Source of the DNA: Lama glama
Lineage: Eukaryota
Direction: 5' to 3'
Assembly: GCA_028534125.1 (NCBI GenBank)
Contig: CM052817.1
Span: 22,632,001 to 22,696,000, forward strand
Length of the DNA: 64,000 nt
A program made the translations under genes and the position numbers. Shown piece by piece: positions 39,401-52,850 of this stretch (the first letter of the stretch is position 1; each line of letters opens with the position of its first letter). The notes beneath the pieces were generated by a model that saw nothing but the letters and a program-made list of their open reading frames with translations, had not been told where the DNA came from and made no database searches.

Positions 39401-39921
39401 TGGGCAGTGGATTTCATGGAACTTAACAATTCTCCCACTCATGCCCTAAAGTGGTCTCAAATGAGTATCCTACATGGTAGATGAGCATGCATATTGAAAT
39501 ATGTTCCAGTTTGGACACTGATTGGGTAGAAGGGTAGTCTCTGACTTTCAGGAAGAATTTCCACCTTAGTTATAATAAAGGATAATTCCTTTTCTTGATC
39601 ACTATTTCCATCGGTTCTCTTGAATCTGTTTTATACTCTGAAAGGCAAAACTCAAACTCAAAGTTCACTTTAAAACCCTAAAGGATGAGCAGAATTAGCT
39701 GGGTAGAGTTTTCCCAGGAGAGAACCACACATAAGCAAGTCCTGCAGGAAAGAGAACAGTGCAATTCTGCTCTTACCAGGGATGGGACATCGTTTCCCCT
39801 AGTCTTAGTCCTGACTGCTACCACTGGCAAGACAGGTAATATGACACACTTTTTAAGATAGGCTTATTGTTTTTAGATCCTTGTTAAGATTGATTAAGAC
39901 ACTGGTTTGAAACAGCTGTCA

Positions 39922-40845
39922 GAAGACCCAAAAAGACATTTCTCCAATGAAGACATACAAATGCTCAACAGGCACATAAAAAATGCTTGATGCCACACTA
40001 GTTATCAGAGAAATGCAAATCAAAACTACAGTGAGGTATCACCTCACACCAGTCAGAATGGCCATCATTCAAAAGTCCACAAACAACTGCTGGAGAGGGT
40101 ATGGAGAAAAGAGAACCCTTCTACACTGTTGGTAGGAAGCTAAATTGGTGCAGCCACTATGGAGAACAGTATGGAGGTTCCTTTAAAAACTGAAAACAGA
40201 CTACCATATGATCCAGCAATCCCACTCCTGGGCATATATTCAGAGAAAACTCTAACTCAAAAAGATACATGCACCCCAATGTTTATAGAAGCACTATTCA
40301 CAACAGCCAAGATATGGAAGCAATCTAAGTGTCGATCAACAGATGACTGGATAAAGAAGATGTGGTATATATATATATAATGGAATACTACTCAGCCATA
40401 AAAATGAAACAGTGCCATTTGCAGCAACATGGATGCACCTAGAAATGATCACATTAAGTGAAGTCAGTCAGAAAAAGATAAATATCATGTGATATCAATT
40501 GTATGTGGAATCTAAAAAAATGACACAAATGAACTTATTTACAAGACAGAAACAGACACACAGACATAGAAAACAGACTTATGGTTACCAAAAGGGAAAG
40601 TGGGGGAAGGAGGGATAAATTAGGAGTTTGGAATCTGCAGAACCTAACTACTATATATAAAATAGACAAACAAGTTTCTACTATATAGCATAGGGAACTA
40701 TATTCAATAACTTCTAATAACCTATAATGAACAAGAACATGAAAAAGAATATATATATATATATGTATAACTGAATCATTATGCTATACAGCAGAAACTA
40801 ACATGACATTGTAAATCAACTATAATTTCATTAAAAAAAAAAGAA
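39922..40845 (+). mobile_element. 5'-truncated lineage-specific L1 with poly-A and TSD
   Basis: ORF2 C-terminus (LPYDPAIPLLGIY...DTCTPMFIEALFTTAKIWKQSKC...DDWIKKMWYIY), 3' UTR and A-tail. TSD TGAAACAGCTG(T/C)CA at 39908-39921 and 40846-40859. Confidence 0.96.
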
Positions 40846-42518
40846 TGAAACAGCTGCCACTGAGTATACCTCATAGCTATACCCAAATATGTAACATCAG
40901 CTTGAAGTTGTGGACACGATCTGTATGGGAACTTGCAGGGTTAAAGCTCGGCCATGAGCTTTCTGTGGAGAGAGGAATAATTCTTCTCCCTTGACCATAA
41001 TAAGCTGTGTGTGAATCGTGGTGTGCCATTCCTAAACTTCCGTTTCAAAGAAGAAGAGGAGCATCAGCCTGAAAAGTAGAAAAGGGCATTATTTATTTAA
41101 CATATATAAATAATTATAAGGTGACAAGAAGTCTTCACTCTCTAAAGGGGAGGATGACACATGGCTAGGGGGTGCCACAGGAGCATGTGGAAATGTCAAG
41201 ACATCACTCTACAACTCTGGCCCATTTTCTCCACCTTTTGCATTTATCATTTCTCACATGAGATTTATAGTCTCTGAATTTCAGATTTTGGAAGTGTAGT
41301 GGCTATAACCATGAATAAAATATGCCAGTGTACACGTTATTAATCTCCTGTGCTCTTCTGGCACTTGTGTGGGGTCTAGCTGAATTTAGATGATAGCATA
41401 TTCATTCTGCACTGCTTCTATTAAGAATCTTTTCTCACAGCTTTTTAAAATAAGCTTTCAGGTTTGTCTGAATCCCTACTCTGGAATTTTAGTAAGTCCA
41501 TTCCTTTTCTCAGTGATCTGAAAGATTGCAATGGGTAATGAGAAATGTTCACTCTTGAGGAAAAAAAATATTTTCTATTTAAAATGTTTAGAAACTGGTG
41601 TTTATCTGAGATTGGGAAAAGGGTTAGTATCAAATGTAACAAAATGCAGTAGTACACATTAAGTCAATTTTAATATACAGCAGATGGGGAGATATAAATT
41701 CTAAATTATTTTAGGTGCACTGCCTGAAACCTAACATACTCATAGTTTTCCCGTAAGGTTAAATTTTAATAATGTTTCTTTATAAATATGCTAGAATCAA
41801 ACTGATTTAGATTCTGGTGCTATCACAAAGACAGTCTCTAATTTTCAATTCATTTTTGCTTATTGTCAGCTATGAACTGCATATATGAATTTCTCCATTC
41901 CAAGAGCTTGTCATTATGCAAAGATAAATATACAATTATAATACTATGAGATAAGTATAGAATTATATGCAAATGTCTTGCATATTTTGAAAATATGATA
42001 TATTCTTTAACAGAGTTTGGAAATGTGACACAAAAGTTACCTTCCTAAAATGCTGTTTCCTTATGCATTTTTCTAATTTAAATATTCTAATATTTGACTA
42101 AAAGTAAACTAAAAACTAAACAAAATAATATCTATTGAAATGCACAAGAATTCATGAAAATGTTGATATATATTACTTATCTTGTTAAAAGGAAAATATA
42201 TTTATCAATGAGTTAGGTAATTTTATTTCTATGACTTGTGTTTTTTTTTTTAAACTTGATTTGATCTCTTGCTGCTAGAATATTTATTTTCATCCCTCTT
42301 GAACAAGCTTCTGAACAGACTTTTGGTTGGCCTTTGGGAGTAATCCTGCTTCATTTATTAAGAATATTGCTATCATCAGATCAAAGTATTTTTATATTCT
42401 ACTGTTGCTTTTGTTTAGAAGATAATATAATTCAGAAATGTCGTTATGGGAAAACATCCATATTGCGAACTCAAAAATAACAAAATATTCTCATATCACT
42501 AAATATTTCAGAACCTCC

Positions 42519-43150
42519 TGTTCTATTGTCTCTTATTTTCAAACTCACTCTTTTATATTCTATTTTGTGATGCGGGACCGGGGCTCTGCAAACCACATTT
42601 CTTCTTTGCCGGCTCTTAAGTCCCACGCAGCAGGGGCAGTGGTGAGAAACTGGGAGGCTTGAGGAAGAAAAAGGGACTTGCTCTTTCCCTTGGCTTTGTT
42701 TCCCTGTAGCATCACCCCACAGTGCTTCTTCAGCTCAGCAGGGTATTGGTTACAGTAAGAGAACGTAATTTCAATTTGCAGGTCTTCCCTATACTTCAAG
42801 GATCTGCCGTAGCTCACCTCCTCTTGATAGCTACTAGCCAGCCAGCTCCTCTTCCTCAGAGGTCTGGCCGAGTCTGGGCTCCACAGGCCCCTCATTTATC
42901 TGAGCACCTCAAGTTCAAGCATTTGAGGTCAGACCACCAGCGGAGCAATACCCCTCCTCGGAGAAGTCTGAATCCTGAATTGGTACAGCTCCTCCCTTTC
43001 TTTCTTCACTCTTATTTCCTGCAATTACTACCTCTGTAATACCATGGCGTATCTTTTTTTGCCTTTTTAGCTTTCCAGCACCTAGTTAACAATTCTTTAA
43101 ATGACATTTTCTGTTAGTATAGCTGGAGTGAACGGTCTCCTGACCTCACC
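42519..43150 (+). mobile_element. ERVL solo LTR (LTR33-like)
   Basis: tgtgatgc...ctctgcaaaccacatttc...gggaggcttgaggaagaaaagggacttgctc...gtctcctgac. Confidence 0.75.
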
Positions 43151-43519
43151 AAAAGGTGCAGAAGCAAAAAGCACTTACGAGTCAGTCTACTTCTCAACCT
43201 TAATTTTAAGATTAAAGCCTCAGTCTTAAGAGGTAGATTTACCCCAGTTTCTAGAACGTTATTATGAATACAACTATATTGTGAATGTTGAGGGAGTGCT
43301 GACTCAAGATAAGCGGAGGGACAAGAATGAAAACATAACAAACTGCCCTCTGTTCAAGATGTTTCCTCTATATATGTTATCATACTTAAGGAAGAAAAAG
43401 ATTATCCACAGATTATTGATAAGATTATTTTAAAATTTGAATTTCATCTAATCTCAGGAGTCGGTAATTTAGATTAAAATATTTGCTTAACCTTTAATAC
43501 AGGTAGAAATCCAGTAATA

Positions 43520-43750
43520 CTAGCAATAATTACAAAAAACATTACTAGCTACTACTTATTAAGTACTTGTTTCTTTGAAAGCATTCTATTAAGTGCTTTG
43601 CATATCTTATTTCATTTGCTCTTCAAAAAACACTTCAGATAATAAAAAACTCATTATTATCACTGTTTTCAAAGGAGGTGCAGATATATGAAATAATTCA
43701 TAGATAATCACATATTAATTGAGGCAAGACGGGAACTCAAGTTTTTTTTT
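43520..43750 (-). mobile_element. MIR SINE
   Basis: ctacttattaagtactt...taagtgctttgcatatcttatttcattt...attattatcactgtttt. Confidence 0.65.
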
Positions 43751-44401
43751 TTCTGTTGTTTTTTAAACTGCAAAGTCTATATTTTTTGAAAATCGTATTT
43801 CAGTTTACTTTCAAATTATATCGCTAAGGACAGATGGCTATTTCCTTAGTTTTCAAAACTATTTTGTTTTTTGTAGTCTGTTCTCAACAACTGCACTCAT
43901 TCCAGGGAAAAGGTCCAATGCCTCTGGCAGAGTGGTCCAGTACTAGTCCTGTTTGTCTTAATTTGGACCTGCTTTTAGTGTTCCTCTTTGGCCTGAACTC
44001 AATGACTCCTCATTTTCTAAAGCTGATATTTATGCAACTGTTCTAAGAAATCCTACTTTTAATTACATCCCACCTTCAGAGACATTAGCAGCTGTCAAGA
44101 GTAGCTACAGTCTTCCTTGTGATCTAACCAAAGAACTGAACCCATTCATACTTTGGGTCCAAGGGCCCTAGTAGGCCACAGACTGCAAACCGAATTTTAT
44201 CACCATTCCTGCGCTTATGTGAGAAACGTGAAATCTAGTGCCCATTTAATTCTTTAGCTGATACATGACGTAAAAGTGAATACAATAGAGGGTGCCAAAG
44301 CTAGGTTTTTTTATAATTTTGCTTAGTGTAGGTTTGCCTGTATATCAGTTAAACATATTATATCAATTAACGTCCATGAAATACCTACAGGTACAGAGTA
44401 T

Positions 44402-44950
44402 TGTAAGGGAACAGACTCTGACACCCCAAAATATGACACTCTGACATAAGGATTATTTTAAGCTGAAGATAGTTGTGAAAGAGCAGATATCAAAAAAAGC
44501 CCCCTATTTGCCTAAAAAAGGAGGCTTAGACTCCTAATGACCTGTAACAACTCTAGAATCTCATTAGCCCAGATATGGTACTGAAAGGAATCTACCCAAC
44601 AAATCTTACTAAAATAACCTTATCTTTCATTAGTTTCTTCTCCTATATTTATTTACCTTCCCACTGTTTGCTACCTCAACAGCCTAAAACCCTTTTCTTT
44701 GTCTTACCAGTTTTCTACAAATTCATTGTTCTTTGTTAAGATGCTATATATAAAGCTATATAAACCCCACGTTCTAACCACTCCTCTGGGATATTCCTAG
44801 CTGAGTTTCGCCCATGTGTATTCATGCTGCACATGTTAATAAACTCTGGGAGTTCTTTCCTGCCAATTTGCCGTTTGCCAGTTTAATTTCCAGGGCCCCA
44901 GCTGGAAAATCAAGGAGGTAGAGGAAAAAGTTTCTTTCCTCCTCTATACA
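44402..44950 (+). mobile_element. ERV1 solo LTR (MER34/MER39-like)
   Basis: TGTAAGGG start, caccccaaaatatgacactctgacataaggattattttaagctgaag, TATA-like tatataaa, AATAAA at ~44838, ends ATACA. Confidence 0.88.
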
Positions 44951-45724
44951 AGTAAAAATGTTTACTTAAGTAAAAAACAAACAAACAAACCAAAAGCTTG
45001 AGTACATACTGTCTTCTGCCTGGTTATAGAGAAACATGTCAGACATGTATCAAGAGGCAAAAAGTACTATCATTTGGGACCATCACTCTGGACAGGAAGG
45101 TGAAGCAGGTATCACCCTGCGTGGAACATATGATCCTCAGTGGCTTACGCGAGTCCTCGGAAAGGAGGGGACAAAGCTGTTTTGAGAAAACCAGAGAATA
45201 GGATGAGGGCATTTCAAAGGCAGCATGGGGTATATGGTATTTAAAGAATAGAGTAAAACACTTTGGGGAGGAAACATTGCCAGTACTCGTTCTATGTTGT
45301 ACTTAGGTCACCGAAAAGGAAAACACAAGGGCTCTGACTTTAAATTTCAAGTATATGATTATATAGATGATAGTGTCCTCCTGTTCATTTTCACAAGGTT
45401 CAGTATAAGAAGAAATGGACTTTCATTGGAGCCAAGAGGGACAAAGTTTTCATCGAAGACAGAATGAAATGATAGCAGGTATTAAAACTTGATATATGTT
45501 GAAGGGGCATTGCATAACTAATCATGGTACAGACTTTGTGTGACCAGAAGTTTAGCGAAAAAAAAAAAGTTACTTTGGATCAGGAAAAAACAAGGAAGAC
45601 TTTTTTTGGGCCATAGAATGTGACCTGAATTGTGTAATGAAATCTGAGAATGTCACTGAAATCAAAATAATCACAGAATAAACAAAATATAGGAAACTAT
45701 TTAAAATTTGTACTAACATTTATC

Positions 45725-45972
45725 ATTTTTTACATCTTAATAACTGATTTCTATGTGACAAGCACTGTTTTAAATGCCTCACATATATTAACTCATTTCA
45801 TGCTCATAACAACACTGTGAGGTTAGTCAGGCCCTAGATTATCATCATTTTGCAAATGAGACAACTTAAGCATAAGACAGTTGCTGACTAAGTCATTCTG
45901 ATACTAAGACACTGAAGTGGGCTTTGAATCCTGCTTGTTTGGTTTCAGAGGCCAACACCTGAACCGCTACAC
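45725..45972 (-). mobile_element. MIR SINE (near full length)
   Basis: ctatgtgacaagcactgttttaaatgc...aactcatttcatgctcataacaacactgtgagg...cattttgcaaatgag...tttgaatcc...aaccgctacac. Confidence 0.82.
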
Positions 45973-48900
45973 AACATGCTCTTTCCCCAAAGAACACATA
46001 CCCACACCCACATACTACAGTAGACATGCTAACATCCAGAATTTAGGGTTTCCTTCATGATGAGTTCCAATTTGAGACTGCCTTTGCCATCTAATAAATA
46101 AGATTACTTTGAATACTGGAAGGTACATAGAGGGTTTTCTTAAGGATCTGTTTGTAAAAGATCTTCAGATATTAAGGAAGTAAATGAAACTGAATTAAAA
46201 CCATTATTTTTATACCTAAAGCAGTGAGATTATGAAGACAAATGAAAAAGTGACACAAACATTTTTTTTCTCCTTTACTATTTTCTCCCCTCCCATGCGT
46301 ATATGTATTATTTTGGCTCTCAGTATATAGATACAGACGTTCTGGACAGTTTAACTTTTCCCTGTTTTATCTATTTTAAAAATATGTACTTAGAGGTTCC
46401 AAGGTCATTCGTCTTTCAATATGTCATTCAAACTGAAACAAATATTTAAGTTCTTGGTGTCTAGTTAACACTTAGTGTTAAAAAAAATAAAGTTATGCTA
46501 GACTTGACATTGTACCTACTGTTGTAAATGGACTGCATGTCATTGGCTCACTTTAAATTTGGCCTTAATAATAACTCCCTTGACTGGTTATCTCAGCATG
46601 TTATCTGACTTTGCCTTCAAGTACAACAGTTAGTTCCTCACTGCCAGCCTAATAGGATAGTGCCTCTAAGAAACCATTTGGATCGTAATTTCTTCCTTTG
46701 CCTTGAATTCACAATTACAAATTCTATTTAAAAGAAAGATGTTGCTGCAAATGTATACTACAACAGCATAAGAAACTAGAAGCCTAGTGGTGAATTTGAA
46801 GAACAGACAATTTTCACAAACACAGTCATGAATATGCACGAGGATCCCTAGTGCACACTTTAACCCACCAAAAAAAAAAAAAAAACCCCCAAACCCCCAA
46901 AAAACTTTCTTATTAAGACCTTCCATTTGGAATCACATCTTTTCTGTTGGGGCAAAGCCTTTCAAAAGAGAAACACTTAACTCTTCATCGTGGCTAGATT
47001 GCAAAATTCCCTGGTGGAAAATTAAGTAGTTTGGAGAGTGCATTGACTTGTGCAGATGAAAAGACACCCTAATAGTCTGAAGAGTTAATATGCTCAAATA
47101 CCCTCTTGCTGCACATTGGCTCTAGGATGACTCAGTGACCCAAAACAGTCCATGTTCAAGTGCATCTTTTAACACCTAGCGTGGGAACGAGTAATTTAGC
47201 CATTGAAGAAAATTTAAATCACAGACTGCTCCATTGTCTAAATCATCCTCAGGGAGCAAATGACAATTTTGAAAGCTACATTATCTCAGTGGAAAAATTT
47301 ACAGAGCAATCCTCTGGTGACCTGAAGGAATTAATACTCAAGTTTCTACTGACGTCTAGTCACTTTCTTTAGGGTAAGGAACTCAATAGGGACTTCTGCT
47401 TCCAGGTCAAAAAGCACAAGGTCAGTCAGCAACAGGGAGTGAGGAGGCATTAGACAATAAAGAGAGATGATGACAACTAGGATGAGGTCTTCTAGTACCA
47501 TCCTCAAGGCTGAAGGGCTTTGAAGTATGAAGGCATTGATGACGTAAACAGGATGGTATGCTGAAGACTTTTAACTTCCAACCTAGAATAATTTGACACT
47601 GTGGGGAAAAGAACAAGTTTTCCTATTTTGAAATATGTAGAAATGAAACCAGCAGCTCTGTGGATGCTACAGCTTATTAAAGATGCAAATTAAAAATATC
47701 AAAAAGCATGGAGATTTGTTTAACCTTTTACCAAGTGTAAATCTTTAATCTGATCTTAATATGAACTTCGTTGATTTACTTTAAGTTTAATAACATACTG
47801 AACTTGTGAGGTGTTAGCAGTACCTTAAGTGGTCAAGTATTGTATTTTGGAATTGATAGAAAAAGGTTAATTTGAAATCCAGTCAGGAAATCATATTACA
47901 CTGTACAACATATATCTGCTTTAGTGAAGAACTGACAAAGTGCAAATGCCTCAGAGGAAAAATTCCACTAAATTAAAAGCAAAAGATTAATTTACTTGGA
48001 AATGAATTTGCATCCAACTGTAAAACAATGCCATTATGCCATTTTTTTCTTTCTTTTTCTTCTTCTTATAATGTAACCAGCCATTTCTGATGACTGGTTA
48101 CATTCCTCTGTTACTAAATTAGAGGTTATATAAGGCAAAATGGAATTGATGACACTTGGATTAAAATAAAAATTCAGTAGAAAATTTTATTTATAAACAC
48201 TAGCTCTCACTTAGTATTTTATTATTGAGTTACTTTTGAACTTTTTTTTTCATTTTACAATAAACTTAAATTAGCCATGCTACATTAAAAATTAAAAATA
48301 TACCATACAGGAAAACAGTCACTGCTATAGCCTTTAGAATATGATTTAATTTAGCAATATCGGAAGTAGCATTAATAAAAACAATATAATATCCAAATGA
48401 CAAGAAAATAAGGCAGTCCCTCATGCTTGTACAGGCCATTCTTTTCATCTTCTCTAAAAATTAGACTCACAAAACATGTCATAATTACTTGAAATTGTCT
48501 GCAGTATCAGGAAGAATAGTTTAAAATCACTTTATCACATGCCAAACCACAGTCTATCTCTGACAATGTGAATTAGTCACTACTAAAAATAAAGGATGAT
48601 GATTAATTACCTTAGAGAATACCTGCCAGTATTATCAGTCACTGGAACCAGATTTCTTACTGAAACATACTCTGCAATAATTTAAGTACATGCTTCATCA
48701 CTTCGCCTAATCCAAGACACAATCTTTATGATCAAAAGATAAATAAAATAATAAAATATTCTTGAGGTAAGTCTTTATTGTGCCAATAGAGTAAACAAAT
48801 GAATGAACAGTTGTTAATGACATCTGCAGATAGCAAATGTAAATTTTATCCATGCCTTACCCGAACTCAAAGATGGCTACCCAGGGTGGTTTATATCATT

Positions 48901-49419
48901 GTCAAGTATGACTTACATCTTGAAATCTCTAATTTGACACCCTCATCCGATTATTTAAAATTACTTTTTAGTCTCTCTCTCTGTCTCTCTTTTTTTTTCC
49001 ATTCTAGGAGAACACAGTCCTTCCAGTGAGAAGATCATAATATACTCATTGGGTTAATGTATTCACATTCCTAGGATAATAACTAGTGTCATGGAAGATT
49101 AATTTCCTAAAGATTACTCTTGAAATTTAAATAGGTTTTAAATTCTGACAATTGAACTGTTTATTTACTCACATTATCAGATAAAATATTTCATATTTTG
49201 GTGATTCTAGACTTCACTGAATTCTAATTTCCAATTCCTAATGCATTCAGTTTAGGAACATTTTATTTCTATAGATTTGCACAGTTGTTTACTGTTTGCA
49301 GTAATGAAGAATTCTACTAATAACAAAATGCTGTTTTCTGAAGAACAATGAACAAGTCTCTGCAGGACAGGCCTTTCTATGTGGAAATTATTTAGCTCCT
49401 GTACATGGAAAGAGATCCA

Positions 49420-49900
49420 AACTCTCCAGTGCTTTTCCTCCTCCCCCCCAACCCCGTCCATTTTTCACACAGAACCTACAGCAATCTTTTTTTTTAAATG
49501 AATAAATCATATAAGTTCACTCCACCAACTAAAACTCTTCAAAATAGCCTCAGATTCAGTTTATAATGTACTGCAAAATCCTTAATATAGACTGTGGCCT
49601 AGAATGATCTTCCCATGCTTACTTCTTAAACTTCATTTTTAGCACTATGTCTTCTAGATGAATAAAAGCTATAGTAGTCTTTAATGTTTACAAAATTCAA
49701 GGCCTTAAAATTTACATGTGTTATTTATTTCTTCCACTTGAACTGCTGAATTCTCTTCCAGTATCCCTTCACTCCTGACCTGCATAATTAATACTTACCT
49801 ACAGGTCTCTTTTTAGTTTCTATTATCTCAGTATACACAACTACAACCACCACCATCACCATCATCACTAAAATCTTTCTGTTATATCCTTCCACAAAAC
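49420..49900 (+). mobile_element. L2 fragment
   Basis: tccatttttcacacag...aatctttttttttaaatg...aaaactcttcaa...aaaatccttaatat. Confidence 0.6.
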
Positions 49901-50071
49901 TTTTTTCTATGAGAAGACAGAAAATGACATGCTATATTTTTCCTTCATCAAACATAAAAATATATGCAACATCTACATATATTTAGGTCTTTGATATGTA
50001 TACCATGTTTTCTACAGATTTATTTACAGCAAATAAATATAGTGAGAGTAGAGAATATATATACACACATA

Positions 50072-50102
<31 letters not shown>

Positions 50103-50109
50103 GAAAGAA

Positions 50110-51410
50110 AAAGTATGCATAAAAATTTGAGGCTGCTCACACAGGAAGAAGTAAACAATCTGAATAGCCCTAGGTCTATTACAAGGTTGAATAAATTATT
50201 AATAATTTTCCCAAACAGAAAAGCACCAGGCACACATGGGCTCACTGGTGAATTCTGTCAAACATTTAAGAAAAAAATATATTAATTCCTTTCAATCTCT
50301 TTCAGAAGAATAGAAGCAGAGAAAATACTTCCTAACTCATGAGGCCAGCATTACCCTAATATTAAAACCAGACAAAGACAGTAGAAGAAAAGAAAACTAC
50401 AAACCAATAACCTCATAAATACACATGCAAAATTCCTCAACAAAATATCAAATCATATCCAAGAATGTATAAAAATAGGATATATCAAGACTAAGTGGGG
50501 TTTACCCCAGTAATGCAAGGCTGGCTCAACAACTGAAAATCAATTAATAAAATCCATCACAAAAAGTAGCTATGGAAGAAAAATCATATGATGTTATCAA
50601 TAGATGCAGAAAAAGCATTTGACAAAAATCCAACGCCCACTCATGGTTAAAAAAAAAAATCTCAGTAACCTAGGAATAGAAGGGAACTTTCTCAACTTGA
50701 TAAAGAATGTCCAAGAACCTACAGCTAACATCACAATTAATTGTGGGAAACCTGATACTCTCCTACTAAGCCTTATTCACAATTGTCAAAGCTTGGAAGC
50801 ACCTGAGATGTCTTTTAGGAGGCAAATGGAGAAACTATACTGCATCCATACAGTAAAATATTATTCAGTACTAAAAATAAATGAGCTATTAAATCATTAA
50901 AAATTATGGAGGAAGCTTAAATGCATATTACTAATGAAAGAAATCAATCTGAAAAGGCTACATACTATATGAGTCCAACGATATGACATTCTGAAAAAGG
51001 CAAAATTATGGAGATGGTAAAAAGATCAGTGGTTGCCAGGGAAAGGAAAAGATGAAGAGGAGCAACACAGAGGATTTTCAGGTCAGTTAAATCACTCTGT
51101 ATGATATCATAATGGTGGATACTTATCATTCTACATATGTCCAAACACAGAATGCACAACACCAAGAGTGAACCCTAATGTAAACTACAGACTTTAGATG
51201 ATAGTAATGCATTAATATAGGTTCATCAGCTATAACAAATATATCACTCAGTGTGCCTTGTCAATAGTATGAGAGGCTATGCATATGTTGGGGAAGCAGT
51301 TATAGAGAAACTCTGTACTTCCTGCTCAATTTTGTTGAGAACCTAAAACTGCTTTACAAATGAAAGCATATTACTTAAAAAAACGAAAAACAAAAAACAA
51401 ACAAACAAAA
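50110..51410 (+). mobile_element. L1MC-like element: ORF2 RT part (50110-50770) joined by deletion to the 3' end
   Basis: LTQEEVNNLNSP...KAPGTHGLTGEFCQTFK and LGIEGNFLNLIK..PTANI. The 3' UTR gaatgcacaacaccaagagtgaaccctaatgtaaacta is L1MC1-like. Confidence 0.9.
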
Positions 51411-52619
51411 AACTTGACCACAATGTCTTTTTAAGAACAACAACAAAAAAGAGACACTTAATTTAAAAAGAACATGGGAGTATGTCAGCAATATACCCTC
51501 TAATTGGCAAAATATGTAAGCGCAAAAAATAATGGTAGACAACAATAGTTACTAAAGCAGATACCAAAACCAAGAGTTTAAGTGGATGTAAATATGACAA
51601 AGACGTTAATGATCAAATAAGATATATCAATAGAATTACAGAAATAGAAGTGAATTAGGTAGTCCCCTAACAGTTTATCCTAAAAAATATTACTCAACTT
51701 TTGCAGCCTAGTAGGTAAAATAAAAGGTGAATTAAATAATCTCTAGACACCTCTCAAGATATAAAATTATAAAATCTGAAACAAGTGTTCCTTAAAACCT
51801 ACTAAGCTCCCAGGGCTGTGAAATATAATAGAAATGTAAGACTCAAAGTGTAAGATAATGTGGGAAGATAGTTCGCAGAATAAAGGTTCTAAAGAAAACA
51901 AGATACGTAAAGGCTAGGTTGAAAGAAAGACAATGAAAGAGAGAAAGGCTTAGAAAAAAGATGAAAACAATGCCCTTAGACAGTGAGAAACAGAAGGGTA
52001 GATTGAGACAAGGCACAAAGAGAAAAGGGAAAGAAGAAAAATTAGAGAACACTTCTGTTAAAGGTCAATTTAACCTTCACATCAAAGTTTAACTCAATTT
52101 CCTAGATACATTTTGAGCTTAGTAATGTCTTATTAACTTAGTTTTCTCGGACTGCAGCTGGAATCTAAATGTGATTCTTACAAGTGCAGAGCACAGAAAG
52201 GTGTGTAACTGGCTTACAGGTCTTTGAAAGTTTAGCGGTCACATTCAGCCAGCAATTGCCACAGCGAGCTCATCAGATTTGGAGGACAGGCACATCCCTA
52301 AATAAAGTCTAGTGTGTCTGGTACCTTAAGAATCCTTGGTATGTCATGAAGAAGCCTTTCATTTGTAAGACCTCTCACTTCATTGAGAGCTCAGCGGTGT
52401 AGAGATTTCTGGGGTAGCAACTGTGGCTTTTACAAGAAGACATCTTGGCCTAGAAATGTTAAGTTCAAGTCCTGACTCAGCTGCTTATTAGCCATTAATG
52501 CAGGTTTACTTCCTCAGTCATCTCAGTTTTTCAGCAGCTAGTAACTATGTCCATTCCACTCAATTTTGAAAGTGTCCTGCCCAGAAAAAATAAGAATTAA
52601 CATTAATTCAGTGTTTCGT

Positions 52620-52850
52620 CTCTCTCTGGCACTTGTGACACACTTCACATGGATTAGCACATTTCATTCTCCCAAGAATTCAATGACGTGTATTCTGCTG
52701 CTACCCCTAGTTTACTGAAGTGGGTAAGTGAGGATTTTATGAGTGGGGCCATGAGGCACAGGTGGCTTATGTAATAATCTACCGAAGGTCACAATACTAA
52801 TAGTCATCAGCATACTGTCAGGATTTCACTGAGACAGTCTAGCTTCTTCA
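52620..52850 (-). mobile_element. MIR SINE, degraded
   Basis: cacttcacatggattagcacatttcattctccc...tgaggcacaggtggcttatgtaat...aaggtcaca. Confidence 0.5.

Noticed and set aside
40159..40380. 73-aa ORF with recognisable protein sequence
   Set aside because: It is the L1 ORF2 C-terminal fragment of a 5'-truncated copy, not a host CDS. The same applies to the ORFs at 12781, 50073 and 50604.
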